From: Alphaproteobacteria bacterium
GTDB taxonomy: Bacteria; Pseudomonadota; Alphaproteobacteria; UBA828
Direction: 5' to 3'
Assembly (NCBI GenBank): GCA_965214705.1
Contig: CBDCCI010000002.1
Location: 928,001 to 992,000, forward strand
DNA length: 64,000 bases
The notes under the pieces are model-generated. The model saw nothing but the letters and a program-made list of their open reading frames with translations, made no database searches and was not told where the DNA came from. Shown here in pieces: positions 11,875 through 22,883 of the stretch; position 1 is the stretch's first letter, and every line of letters starts with the position of its first letter. The position numbers were made by a program, and so were the translations under genes.

Positions 11875-12678
11875 TCAGAATTCGTGACGCACGGAGAGAC
11901 GAAGTCCGTGGCTTCGCAAATGGGCCTCGCTCGCGGCCTGATCGAGCAGGAGCGGCTCCCTGCTCCCGTCGCGCCACAAAACCCGGCCGCCGCCCGTGGC
12001 GGTCTCGGCGGCACTGAGGTCGCTATACCTCCACGCCAGGTCCAGCGTCGTGCTCTCGCTCAGCGCCGTCGCGACGCCCGCCGTCACCATCCAGGCGAAA
12101 CCCGACCGGCGCACACCCGGCACGATCGTCGTCGTCGCCGGGAACATCATTCGCGTCTCGCCTGCCCGGACCCGGGCGGCACCGACGCCGGCTCCCACGA
12201 AGGGGGCGAACGGTCCGAGCGTCGGCAAGCCCAGCGCCGGGAGGTCTGCGTAGGCGGCAACCATCCCCGACACGACGGAGAGGTCGACCGAGACAGACTG
12301 CCGCAACTCGGAGTCCAGATAGTTGGCTCGTCCGCTGAAGGTGAGGCTTGGGCGGTATTCGATCAGAGCCTCGATTCTCAGAGCTGAAGCGACGGCGGCG
12401 CCGATCCCGACTTCGAGGGCGGCCACCGTGCCGAAATTCCCCACCGAACGATACGGTGCTCCGTCGGGGGCCGGGCCGCAGCCGTACAGCGGGACCGGCG
12501 CCTCGATCTCGCAGTTCTTGTCGCGGAACACGGTCTCTGTCGGGCGCTCGAATCCGATCCCCGCTCGCAGATAGAGGTCCTCGGCCGCTGCGGTTTTCGC
12601 GCTCACCGCCGCCGCAAGCACAACCAAAGCGGCAGCGAGGCAGTGCCGGGCGCTCTGCCCTCTTCTCGGTTGCGGCAT
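11875..12678 (-). CDS. Outer-membrane beta-barrel protein (opacity/OmpW-like)
   Basis: Signal-like N-terminus, PFVGAGVGAARV, FAWMVTAGV, LDLAWRY, C-terminal Phe; start uncertain. Confidence 0.75.
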   Translation of the reverse strand: MPQPRRGQSARHCLAAALVVLAAAVSAKTAAAEDLYLRAGIGFERPTETVFRDKNCEIEAPVPLYGCGPAPDGAPYRSVGNFGTVAALEVGIGAAVASALRIEALIEYRPSLTFSGRANYLDSELRQSVSVDLSVVSGMVAAYADLPALGLPTLGPFAPFVGAGVGAARVRAGETRMMFPATTTIVPGVRRSGFAWMVTAGVATALSESTTLDLAWRYSDLSAAETATGGGRVLWRDGSREPLLLDQAASEAHLRSHGLRLSVRHEF

Positions 12679-12716
12679 GTTGGAGGCGGGATGGCGCGAC
12701 CCGGTCGGGCCTCTCC

Positions 12717-13862
12717 CTACCATTGCGGCCGTGCCTCGATCGGCCAAATGTCCACCAGCGTGTCGCCGCGCACGCAGTGGTAGACGTCGTAGAGCAGGAG
12801 CGTCTGGTAGCAGTGCGGCGCCATGCATTCCAGCGCGTCGCCAACCTGCGGCAGGCTCTCGCCCTCCGGCACGGTGAGGCGGCCCATGTCGTCGCCGACC
12901 AGCTCGTAGAGGGAGTCCGGGTGCGCGCCCTGGGCGACGCGGGGCGGGAACTCCTCGCGCTGTAGCTCCTTGATCCCGGCGTCGGTGACGGCGAACTCGT
13001 CCCGCGCGCTGATCACCGTGGTGCGGACGAAGAGCGAGGTCTCGAAGGGATGCGGGTTATCGGGCTCGAAGGGGGTATCGGCGTAGTTCACGTCCATGAA
13101 GATGTAGCTTCCGGCCTGGCACTCGGTGAAGAGACCATTGGCCGCATCAATGGCATAGGTGCCGGTACCGCCGCCGGAGACGATCTCCGGCGCCAGGCCG
13201 GCCTCCGTGAGGCGTCCGCAAAGCTCGGCCAGCGGCGCGGTGCAGCGCTCCTGCTCGGCGCGGCGGGCGTCAAGGTCGGGCTCGCGCTGGAAGGAGCCGT
13301 TGTAGCCCTGCACGCCCGCGTAGACCGCGCCCTCGGTCTCGGCGATGTGGCGTGCGAGCGCCAACGCATCGTCCACCGCGACGAGGCCGGTGCGCCGGCC
13401 ACCCACCTCGAAGTCCACCAGCATGCGGAGCGGCTTGCCGGCTTCCAAAGCGGCCGCGACCAGCCGGTCCACCACTGCGGCATCGTCCACGGCGACGAGC
13501 AGTCCTTCGGCACGGGCGTTGAGCCGGGCGAGGCGGGCGATCTTGGGCTCGGTCACGACCTGGGAGAAGAGCAGCACACCCGGAATCCCGGCATCGGCCA
13601 TGATCTCGGCCTCGGCCAGCGTCGCGCAGCACTGGCCGAGCGCGCCGGCCTCGATCTGGCGCCTGGCGACCTCCACCGACTTGTGGATTTTGGCGACGGG
13701 CCGGACCCCGTGGCCGGCCTTGCCCAGGTAGTCGGCAAGATAGGCGATGTTGCGCTCCAGCCGGTCGAGATCGAGCACCAGCGCCGGCGTCGACAGCGCC
13801 GTGCGCGAGCCCTGCTGGCCGATGAGCGGTTCGTTGGGGCCGAGCTTTCCGATAGCGCCCAT
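12717..13862 (-). CDS. Fold-type III PLP enzyme, DSD1 / D-threonine aldolase family
   Basis: TPALVLDLD, RPVAKIHKS (PLP Lys), SGGGTGT, AGSYIFMD, PHC. Confidence 0.88.
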   Translation of the reverse strand: MGAIGKLGPNEPLIGQQGSRTALSTPALVLDLDRLERNIAYLADYLGKAGHGVRPVAKIHKSVEVARRQIEAGALGQCCATLAEAEIMADAGIPGVLLFSQVVTEPKIARLARLNARAEGLLVAVDDAAVVDRLVAAALEAGKPLRMLVDFEVGGRRTGLVAVDDALALARHIAETEGAVYAGVQGYNGSFQREPDLDARRAEQERCTAPLAELCGRLTEAGLAPEIVSGGGTGTYAIDAANGLFTECQAGSYIFMDVNYADTPFEPDNPHPFETSLFVRTTVISARDEFAVTDAGIKELQREEFPPRVAQGAHPDSLYELVGDDMGRLTVPEGESLPQVGDALECMAPHCYQTLLLYDVYHCVRGDTLVDIWPIEARPQW

Positions 13863-13951
13863 GACTCTTCCTCGTTCTCAGTTGGCTGACACTCGCCCCA
13901 GCGCGGAGCGAGCATAGCGATTGTTAAGGTTTCGTCAGACGAATTCCCGGC

Positions 13952-13981
13952 TTGACGAGCCGATGCCCGGACCCATATCGT
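13952..13981 (+). promoter_or_regulatory. Putative sigma70 promoter for NYN leader
   Basis: TTGACG (13952-57), 18 nt spacer, TATCGT (13976-81). Confidence 0.55.
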
Positions 13982-14033
13982 AGCGACCTTCTATGGACCC
14001 CATCGTTCCCTTGGGCACGGTGGGTATTGAATG

Positions 14034-14059
14034 GGGCCGGCACAAGCCGGCCCTTTTTT
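14034..14059 (+). terminator. Intrinsic terminator in the leader, 13 nt before the NYN start codon
   Basis: GGGCCGGC-ACAA-GCCGGCCC perfect 8-bp GC stem followed by TTTTTT. Confidence 0.8.
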
Positions 14060-14072
14060 CCAAGGGGCGTCG

Positions 14073-14633
14073 ATGTCAGTTACGGCGGTCTTCATCGACG
14101 GCGGTTACCTCGACAAGGTCCTGTACCACGATCACGGCAACCAGCGTATCGACTACGCCCGTCTCGTCGACGCCATGACGGGAGAAGGCGAACTGTTGCG
14201 CGCCTACTACTACCATTGCCTGCCGTATCAAGGGAGCCCGCCCACCGAGGAAGAGAAGCGTCGCTACGCGGCCAAACACCGCTTCATCACCGCTCTCCTT
14301 CATCTGCCTCGGTTCGACGTGCGGTTGGGCAAACTCGCGTACAGAGGGCAGGACGAACGTGGCAGGCCGATCTTTCAACAAAAGCGGGTCGATCTCATGC
14401 TCGGGGTCGATATGGCTCTCCTCGCCGGCAAGGGCCGCATTGCTAGGGTTGCGTTGCTAGCTGGAGACAGCGATTTCACGCCGGCGATCGAAGCCGTCAA
14501 ACGCGAAGGGGTTCTCACCACTCTCTGGCATGGCAGTCGTTCCGATCAGACGGCGCCCAGCCGCGAGCTGTTGGAGATATGCGATGAACGCCACGAGCTT
14601 ACTGCCGAGCTCATTGGATCGATACGGCGTTGA
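14073..14633 (+). CDS. NYN domain (LabA/DUF88, PIN-like) ribonuclease
   Basis: VFIDGGYL, QQKRVDLMLGVD, LAGDSDF acidic catalytic motifs; SD AAGGGG before ATG 14073. Confidence 0.9.
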   Translation: MSVTAVFIDGGYLDKVLYHDHGNQRIDYARLVDAMTGEGELLRAYYYHCLPYQGSPPTEEEKRRYAAKHRFITALLHLPRFDVRLGKLAYRGQDERGRPIFQQKRVDLMLGVDMALLAGKGRIARVALLAGDSDFTPAIEAVKREGVLTTLWHGSRSDQTAPSRELLEICDERHELTAELIGSIRR

Positions 14634-14706
14634 ACTTACGTGCGGCACTGAGCGTCACCTCTAGTGCGGCCGGGCGCCGAACAATAGAGGCAGCCAGCTA
14701 GGGAGA

Positions 14707-15249
14707 ATGGACATGGCGGACGGAAAACGTGGCCCGACGGCTCCGGCGGAGGGACCGGCGCGGGCGCTCGATCACGTCGGCATTTCGGTGCCTGATATCG
14801 ACGCGGCCGTCGCTTGGTATCGCGACATCCTTGGCTGCTACGTGCTGATGGAGCCCGTGGAGGGCTACGCCGACGGCAGCTATTTCGGGCAGATCGTCGC
14901 CGACATCTACGGTGCGGACTTTCAGGGGATGAAAATCGCCCACCTGGCGACGGCCGACGGGGTCGGCATCGAGCTCTTCCAGTTTGTCGCCAACGAGCGG
15001 CAGGAGAACAACTTCGCCTACTGGAAGGACGGCATCTATCACATTTGCATCCTCGACCCCGACATCGAGGGCCTGGTGAAACGGATCGACGAAAGCGGCG
15101 GGCGCCAGCGCAGCAAGGTCTGGAAGCTCTGGCCCGACAAGCCCTACAGGATCTGCTATTGCGAAGACCCTTGGGGCACCATCATCGAGGTCAGCTCCCA
15201 CCCCTACGTCATGGCCTGGTCCAACTTCATCCCGCGGCACGGGGACTGA
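14707..15249 (+). CDS. VOC / lactoylglutathione lyase family protein
   Basis: DHVGISVPDIDAAVAWY, GIELFQF, YCEDPWGTIIEV. Confidence 0.88.
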   Translation: MDMADGKRGPTAPAEGPARALDHVGISVPDIDAAVAWYRDILGCYVLMEPVEGYADGSYFGQIVADIYGADFQGMKIAHLATADGVGIELFQFVANERQENNFAYWKDGIYHICILDPDIEGLVKRIDESGGRQRSKVWKLWPDKPYRICYCEDPWGTIIEVSSHPYVMAWSNFIPRHGD

Positions 15250-15298
15250 CCGACTGGTCCCGGCCTCGGTGGCGGCCAAGCACCGTGGCCAGCAGACG

Positions 15299-16462
15299 AT
15301 GACGGTCTCTCGACTGCGCGACATCCCCGGCATCGGCGTCGACCGCATGGGCGATGCGGCGGACGCCGCGCGCGATCCCGACATGCTTCGGCTGGAGAAC
15401 CTGGATACCGACATCCCGCCGCCCCAGGCCGCCATAGAGGCCACCCGCGCTGCTGCAGCCCGCGACGACGCCAACAGCTACCTGCCCTTCCTGGGCACGG
15501 ACGAACTCAGGCAAGCGGTGGTGGCGCGGCTCGAGGCTGACACGGGCATCGCCTACGACTGGCGGGCGCAGTGCGTGATCTCGGCGGGCGGGCTTTCCGG
15601 CATCCTCAACGCACTCCTCGCCATGCTGGAGCCCGGTGACGAGGTCATCATCAGCGACCCGGCTTACGCGGGCCTCATCAACCGCATCCGCCTCGCCGGC
15701 GGGGTGACCCGCCTGGTGCCGCTCAGAGTGGTGGAGGGCGGCTGGCGGCTCGATCTGGAGGCGCTGGCCGAGGCCGTGAGCGCAAAGACCAGGGTCGTGC
15801 TGACCATGAGCCCGTCGATGCCGAGCGGCATCGTCCACACGGCCGAAGAGTGGCAGGCGATCGCCGCTGTCGTGCAGCAGACCGGCGCCTGGCTCCTGCA
15901 CGACGCGGCGATGGAGCGGCTTCTGTTCGGCTCGGCGCCGGCCCTGCACCCGGCCCGGCTACCGGCGCTTGCCGAGAGGACCGTGACAGTCGGCAGCGTC
16001 TCCAAGGAATACCGGATGATCGGCTGGCGCGTGGGTTGGATCGCAGGCCCCGAAGAGATCATGCGGGACATCGGGCTGGTCGGCCTGACCAACGTGGTCT
16101 GCCAGGTCGGCATCGCCATGCCGGGGGCCGCGGCGGCGCTCACTGCGGACGACGACGGCATCGCCGCAGCGGTTGCCGAATTGCAGGCGAGGCGGGACGT
16201 CATTCTCAAGGAGCTGTCGGACCTGCCCGTGGTCCGGCCGGACGGCGGCTGGTCGCTCCTGATCGACACGGTGGCCCTTGGCATGAGCCCTGCCGACGCG
16301 TCGCAACGCCTGTTCGAGACGGGCAAGATCGCCGCGACCCCGATGACCGGCTGGGGTAGCGAGGAGATTGCCGGCCGCTACCTGCGCTTCGTCTTCGCCA
16401 ACGAGCCGTGCGAACGCCTCATCGGCCTGCGTGAGCGTGTTCGCACCGCGTGGTCGCTCTGA
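15299..16462 (+). CDS. Class I/II PLP-dependent aminotransferase
   Basis: GSVSKEYRMIGWRVGW, YLRFVF. Confidence 0.9.
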   Translation: MTVSRLRDIPGIGVDRMGDAADAARDPDMLRLENLDTDIPPPQAAIEATRAAAARDDANSYLPFLGTDELRQAVVARLEADTGIAYDWRAQCVISAGGLSGILNALLAMLEPGDEVIISDPAYAGLINRIRLAGGVTRLVPLRVVEGGWRLDLEALAEAVSAKTRVVLTMSPSMPSGIVHTAEEWQAIAAVVQQTGAWLLHDAAMERLLFGSAPALHPARLPALAERTVTVGSVSKEYRMIGWRVGWIAGPEEIMRDIGLVGLTNVVCQVGIAMPGAAAALTADDDGIAAAVAELQARRDVILKELSDLPVVRPDGGWSLLIDTVALGMSPADASQRLFETGKIAATPMTGWGSEEIAGRYLRFVFANEPCERLIGLRERVRTAWSL

Positions 16463-16584
16463 GGCGAGAGCCACTCACCGCCTCCGGCCCGCACGCATAA
16501 CGGACTCGCACCCGCTAGTCCCTGCGATATACTCCGCCCCCGGATTCTGCCTCCCGCCCCGCAATCACCGAGACGCGCCCGGCG

Positions 16585-16866
16585 ATGAACGCGTTGGCCG
16601 ACCTCATCCACGCCGTCTTCTCGATCTACATCTATCTGCTGATCGCATCGGCGGTGTTCAGCTGGCTGGTGGTGTTCAACGTCATCAACACGAGCAACCG
16701 CTTCGTGTTCACGCTGCTGAGCTTCCTCCACCGCATCACCGAGCCGCCGCTCCGGCCAATCCGGCGCATCATTCCCAACCTTGGCGGCATCGACATATCG
16801 CCGGTCATTTTGATTCTGATCCTCTACTTCCTCCGCGATCTCATTGTGAGCAATATCGTTCCATGA
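16585..16866 (+). CDS. YggT family membrane protein
   Basis: SWLVVFNVIN, TEPPLRPIRRIIPNLGGIDISP; typical position before folD. Confidence 0.92.
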   Translation: MNALADLIHAVFSIYIYLLIASAVFSWLVVFNVINTSNRFVFTLLSFLHRITEPPLRPIRRIIPNLGGIDISPVILILILYFLRDLIVSNIVP

Positions 16867-16936
16867 GTCGTCCGAGCCCGGCGCGCCCCTGCGCCTGCCG
16901 GGTCGGATAGCGTCCAGCCCCTGACGAGGAACACCC

Positions 16937-17818
16937 ATGAGCGACGCAGTTATCATCGACGGCAAGGCATTCGCGGCCGATATCCGGGCCGAGGTCGGGC
17001 GCAAGGCGGCGCTCCTGAAGGAGAGCCACGGCCTCGTGCCGGGGCTCTCGGTCGTGCTGGTGGGCGACGACCCCGCGAGCCACGTCTACGTCCGCAACAA
17101 GGGCAAGGCGACCGTCGCCGCTGGCATGGACTCGCAGGAGTACCGGCTGCCCGATACCGCGAGCCATCAGGAGGTGCTGGAAACGGTCGAGCGGCTGAAC
17201 GCCGACGACTCCGTGCACGGCATCCTGGTGCAGCTTCCGTTGCCGGATCAGGTCGACTCGAACGCGATCATCAATGCCATCGACCCCGACAAGGACGTGG
17301 ACGGCTTCCACACCACCAACGTGGGCCGGCTCACCACCGGGCAGGACAGCCTGGTGCCCTGCACGCCACTCGGTTGCATGCTCATGCTGCGTCACTTCGT
17401 GGGCGAGCTGAAGGGCATGCGGGCGATGATCGTCGGCCGCTCCAACATCGTCGGCAAGCCGATGGCGTCTCTGCTGCTGCGCGAGCACTGCACCGTGACC
17501 GTCGGCCACTCGCGCACCCAGGACCTGCCGGGCGAGTGTCGGCGTGCCGATGTCCTCATCGCCGCCGTGGGGCGGGCCGAGATGATCCGGGGCGACTGGG
17601 TCAAGCCCGGCGCTGCGGTCATCGACGTCGGCATCAACCGTGTGCCGGCGGGTGAGAAAACCCGATTGGTGGGCGACGTCTGCTTCGAGGAGGCGGTGGA
17701 GAACGCCGGCTGGATCACGCCGGTGCCGGGCGGCGTCGGGCCCATGACCATCGCGTGCCTGCTCAAGAACACGCTGACCGCCGCCTGCCGCCGTCACGGG
17801 ATCGAAGAGCCGGAGTAA
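16937..17818 (+). CDS. folD: Methylenetetrahydrofolate dehydrogenase/cyclohydrolase
   Basis: [39 protein letters not shown]. Confidence 0.97.
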   Translation: MSDAVIIDGKAFAADIRAEVGRKAALLKESHGLVPGLSVVLVGDDPASHVYVRNKGKATVAAGMDSQEYRLPDTASHQEVLETVERLNADDSVHGILVQLPLPDQVDSNAIINAIDPDKDVDGFHTTNVGRLTTGQDSLVPCTPLGCMLMLRHFVGELKGMRAMIVGRSNIVGKPMASLLLREHCTVTVGHSRTQDLPGECRRADVLIAAVGRAEMIRGDWVKPGAAVIDVGINRVPAGEKTRLVGDVCFEEAVENAGWITPVPGGVGPMTIACLLKNTLTAACRRHGIEEPE

Positions 17819-17871
17819 GGTGCCAACACGCTGCTGCGCCCGACGCCGGTTTCCCCGCGTCCACAATCGTC

Positions 17872-17901
17872 TTGCTACATCAATCAAAATGTCAATATAA
17901 T
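17872..17901 (+). promoter_or_regulatory. Putative sigma70 promoter of xre-res operon
   Basis: TTGCTA (17872-77), 18 nt, TATAAT (17896-901) in an AT-rich patch. Confidence 0.65.
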
Positions 17902-18007
17902 ACGCAATAAGAAACGCTATATCTGTGTCGGGAGGGAAGGCGCCCTCGTAGCGAGCGTCACGTGGCGGACACTGCGGTTAACGGTACACCACGTAGGTAG
18001 GCGGACG

Positions 18008-18370
18008 ATGGCAGGAGCAAAGGCAGCAGCCGTGAGCGGTGCAATCGCGAAGCGATTGGGATCGATCTCCGCCAAGGGCGCGATGCGGCATGTCGAGGTT
18101 GCCAACCTGCTTGGGACCAGACCTGAGACGGTGTCGCGCTGGAACCAGGGCCGCGCCTATCCGCACGCGAGAACCGAGAAAACCCTTCTGGAGCTTGAGT
18201 ATATCGTCGACCAGCTATCAGACTTCTACGAGCCCAACGAGGCTCGTCAGTGGATGTTTGCGCCGCAAAGGCTCTTGCGCGGGCGGTCGCCGGCAGAGCT
18301 GATCCAGGCCGGGCGAATCGATGACGTACGACGGTTGGTCAACCAGCTCCGCGACGGTGTGTACGTCTAG
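18008..18370 (+). CDS. Xre/MbcA/ParS-type antitoxin (HTH + DUF2384-like C-terminus)
   Basis: HTH VEVANLLGTRPETVSRW; WMFAPQRLLRGRSPAELI; directly upstream of RES gene. Confidence 0.85.
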   Translation: MAGAKAAAVSGAIAKRLGSISAKGAMRHVEVANLLGTRPETVSRWNQGRAYPHARTEKTLLELEYIVDQLSDFYEPNEARQWMFAPQRLLRGRSPAELIQAGRIDDVRRLVNQLRDGVYV

Positions 18371-18389
18371 GCGGTATTGATTTTCCACC

Positions 18390-18950
18390 ATGATCCACGA
18401 TCCGGATCTTCTGGATCGCCTGAGCGCATTTCACCCGGAACGTTTCGAGGGTGAGGTATTCCGGGCAACACGCACAAATGCGGATCCGATTGCCGCATCC
18501 ATCAGCGGCGGTCGGTGGGCGCCGCCGCCTGACGGCAATGTCGGGCACTCCGTTCTCTACACCAGTCTCGAACGCGATGGGGCGATCGCCGAGGTAGCCT
18601 CGTTTCTGGCGGAACTGACGCCGATCCCAGGCCCCCGCCCGATCAGCGTAACGCGCCTGGCCGTCTCGACATCGCACACGCTGCAGCTTGTGAGGACCGA
18701 TCTCGCTACGCTCGGGGTGGACTTGGCTCGCTACGGGGAGCGCGACTACGGTCGAACGCAGAAGATCGGCGCGGCTCTTGTCTTTCTCGGTCTCGACGGT
18801 CTCATTGCTCCTTCGGCCCGCTGGCCCTGCGACAACCTGATGATATTCGGAGACAACCACGCGTTGGCAGAGACCCTCGAGCCGGTTGGGAGGGGCAGGG
18901 TCGAGTGGCGAGAGTGGGCAGAGGCCCACGGTATTCTCTCAGACACGTGA
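18390..18950 (+). CDS. RES domain toxin (NAD+ phosphorylase-like)
   Basis: GGRW, LYTSLERDGAIAEV, GLIAPSAR...NLMIF: R, E, S residues of the RES family. Confidence 0.85.
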   Translation: MIHDPDLLDRLSAFHPERFEGEVFRATRTNADPIAASISGGRWAPPPDGNVGHSVLYTSLERDGAIAEVASFLAELTPIPGPRPISVTRLAVSTSHTLQLVRTDLATLGVDLARYGERDYGRTQKIGAALVFLGLDGLIAPSARWPCDNLMIFGDNHALAETLEPVGRGRVEWREWAEAHGILSDT

Positions 18951-19068
18951 GGCGCGACAGTAGAGACCCCTGGCGGTCTGGGAGACTGTGCGTTCTGCCT
19001 GAGCACAACTCTCCAACAAGCAACCGAGCCGCTGCCGCCTCGCCGTCGAGCGGGAGCGGAGTGGGGAG

Positions 19069-20272
<1,204 letters not shown>

Positions 20273-20280
<8 letters not shown>

Positions 20281-20650
20281 CGTCTCGTCTCCTTACCAGC
20301 CGGCGGGTGATCCCGCGGCTCCTCCGGCGCGCCGTCTCGCTCGGCCGCGTGGCTCGTCTGAAGCGGCCCGTGAAGCGTTCGGGCTCCGGCGGATCGTAGC
20401 CCGGCGTATCGGGGAGCGGGCGCGGGTTGTCGATCGACGGCCACGGCACGAACGCGAAGACCCAGATCATGACCACGGGTACGCCGATCAGGAGGCCCAG
20501 TCCAACCGAGACCGGCGGGATAAACAGGCCCAGGATGGGGAGCAGCATGAGGTAGGCCCACCAGGGGTTGCGCCCGGCCTTGTTGAAGATGCGCCAGAAC
20601 ATCCAGAGCATGATGACCGTGACCGCGAGGTATTGGAGGACGCCGACCAC
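20273..20650 (-). CDS. Small membrane protein, unknown function
   Basis: Hydrophobic segments with [13 protein letters not shown] and FAFVPWP; basic tail; overlaps argG start. Confidence 0.7.
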
Positions 20651-20653
20651 GGT

Positions 20654-20845
20654 TCAGCGCTTCCCGTAGGGATCGCTCGGCCAGATCATGAAGGCTAGCA
20701 GCGCGAGCAGGATTAGCGGCCCGACCAGGGGCACGAACACCACGAGCGAGAGCGGCCAGCGCAGGCCCGCACGCCGACAGATGCGCAGAGCCGGATAGAG
20801 GAGTATGGCCCCGAGCGCGAGGCCGACGACGATTTGGACAGGCAC
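20654..20845 (-). CDS. 63-aa membrane protein, apparent paralog of the downstream ORF
   Basis: LRICRRAGLRWPL and LAFMIWP; two to three hydrophobic segments. Confidence 0.65.
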   Translation of the reverse strand: MPVQIVVGLALGAILLYPALRICRRAGLRWPLSLVVFVPLVGPLILLALLAFMIWPSDPYGKR

Positions 20846-20917
20846 GGCCGCCGCGCGGTTGCGGTCGTTCAGGCGGGATGGGCGCGTTCGGCGCGCTGCG
20901 TCGTCCGCGCCCCCCGC

Positions 20918-22327
20918 TCAGACCGAATAGTACATCTCGTACTCGATGGGGTGCGGGGCCATGAGGAAGGCCGTCTGCTCCTCGCGCTTGAGTTCGAGAT
21001 AGCCGTCGATCAGGTCGTCGGTGAAGACGTCGCCCTTCTTCAGGAAGTCGCGGTCGGCATCGAGCGAGTCGAGCGCCTGGCCCAGGTTGCCACACACCGT
21101 CGGCACGTCCTTCAGCTCCTCCGGCGGCAGGTCGTAGAGGTTCTTGTCCATCGCGTCGCCCGGATGGATCTTGTTTTCGATGCCGTCGATCCCCGCCATC
21201 AGCATCGCGGCGAAGGACAAATAGGGATTCGCCGAGGGATCGGGGAAGCGCACCTCCACCCGCTTGCCGTTCGGGCTCGCCGCGTAGGGGATGCGGCAGG
21301 AGGCGGAGCGGTTGCGCGCCGAGTAGGCGAGCAGCACCGGCGCCTCGTAGCCCGGCACGAGCCGCTTGTAGCTGTTCGTCGACGGGTTGGTGAAGGCGTT
21401 GATCGCCCGTGCGTGACGGATCACGCCGCCGATGTAGTAGAGCGCCATATCCGAGAGATCGGCGTAGCCCGAGCCCGCGAACAGCGGTCTGCCGTCCTTC
21501 CAGATCGACTGGTGCACGTGCATGCCGGAGCCGTTGTCGCCGACGATTGGCTTCGGCATGTAGGTCGCGCTCTTGCCGTAGCTGTGGGCAGTCATATGCA
21601 CCACGTACTTCTGGATCTGCAGTTGGTCGGCCGCCGAGAGCAGCGTGCCGAACTCGACCCCGAGTTCGTTCTGGCTGGGCGCCACCTCGTGGTGGTGCTT
21701 CTCCACCTTGACGCCCATGCCGGCGAGGTGGGTGACCATCTCAGCTCGCATGTCGTTCATCGAATCGACCGGCGGCACCGGCACGTAGCCGCCCTTGGTC
21801 GGCGGGCGGTGGCCATAGTTGCCCTCTTCGTAGGCGCGGCCCGTGTTGTAGGGACCTTCCTCCTGGTCGAGCATGTAATAGGTCTCGTTCATCGAGACCT
21901 TGAAGCGCACGTCGTCGAAGACGAAGAACTCAGCTTCCGGCCCGAAATAGGCCGTGTCGCCAAGACCGGAATAAGCGAGGTAGATCTCCGCCTTCTTGGC
22001 CACGCTGCGCGGGCAGCGGTCATAGGCTTGGCCGGTCGACGGCTCGATCACGTCGCAGGTCAGGATCATCTGCGGCAGCGCCGAGAACGGGTCCATCACG
22101 GCGCTCGCCGGATCCGGCATGAGCACCATGTCGGACTGGTGAATCTCCTTCCAGCCGGCGATCGAGGAGCCGTCAAACATGATCCCGTCTGTGAGCATGT
22201 CCTCGTCGACCGTGCGGACCGCCTGGGTCATGTGTTGCCACTTGCCGCGCGGGTCGGTGAACCGGAAGTCCACGAACTGGACTTCGTTCTTCTCGATCAT
22301 CTCCAAGACGCTGTCGACATCACTCAT
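20918..22327 (-). CDS. glnA: Glutamine synthetase type I
   Basis: [37 protein letters not shown], adenylylation site NLYDLP. Confidence 0.98.
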   Translation of the reverse strand: MSDVDSVLEMIEKNEVQFVDFRFTDPRGKWQHMTQAVRTVDEDMLTDGIMFDGSSIAGWKEIHQSDMVLMPDPASAVMDPFSALPQMILTCDVIEPSTGQAYDRCPRSVAKKAEIYLAYSGLGDTAYFGPEAEFFVFDDVRFKVSMNETYYMLDQEEGPYNTGRAYEEGNYGHRPPTKGGYVPVPPVDSMNDMRAEMVTHLAGMGVKVEKHHHEVAPSQNELGVEFGTLLSAADQLQIQKYVVHMTAHSYGKSATYMPKPIVGDNGSGMHVHQSIWKDGRPLFAGSGYADLSDMALYYIGGVIRHARAINAFTNPSTNSYKRLVPGYEAPVLLAYSARNRSASCRIPYAASPNGKRVEVRFPDPSANPYLSFAAMLMAGIDGIENKIHPGDAMDKNLYDLPPEELKDVPTVCGNLGQALDSLDADRDFLKKGDVFTDDLIDGYLELKREEQTAFLMAPHPIEYEMYYSV

Positions 22328-22393
22328 CGTATTGCTCCATCACCCGCTCGGTCTGTCCTCATGGCGCCTGCATCCGGCAGCGCGCTGGCGCGC

Positions 22394-22741
<348 letters not shown>

Positions 22742-22883
22742 CTAAGCGGGCCAGGCCGGCACGGTCTCTAGCCCGGAGTTCTCTCCCTGTCGGCGCCGCA
22801 TGATAGCGCAGGTCCGGTTCCGCGCAGCCTCCTTTGGTGGCATCATGCGCGGCCTTTAGGTTAGGTGGGACAGGGAGGCGCAC

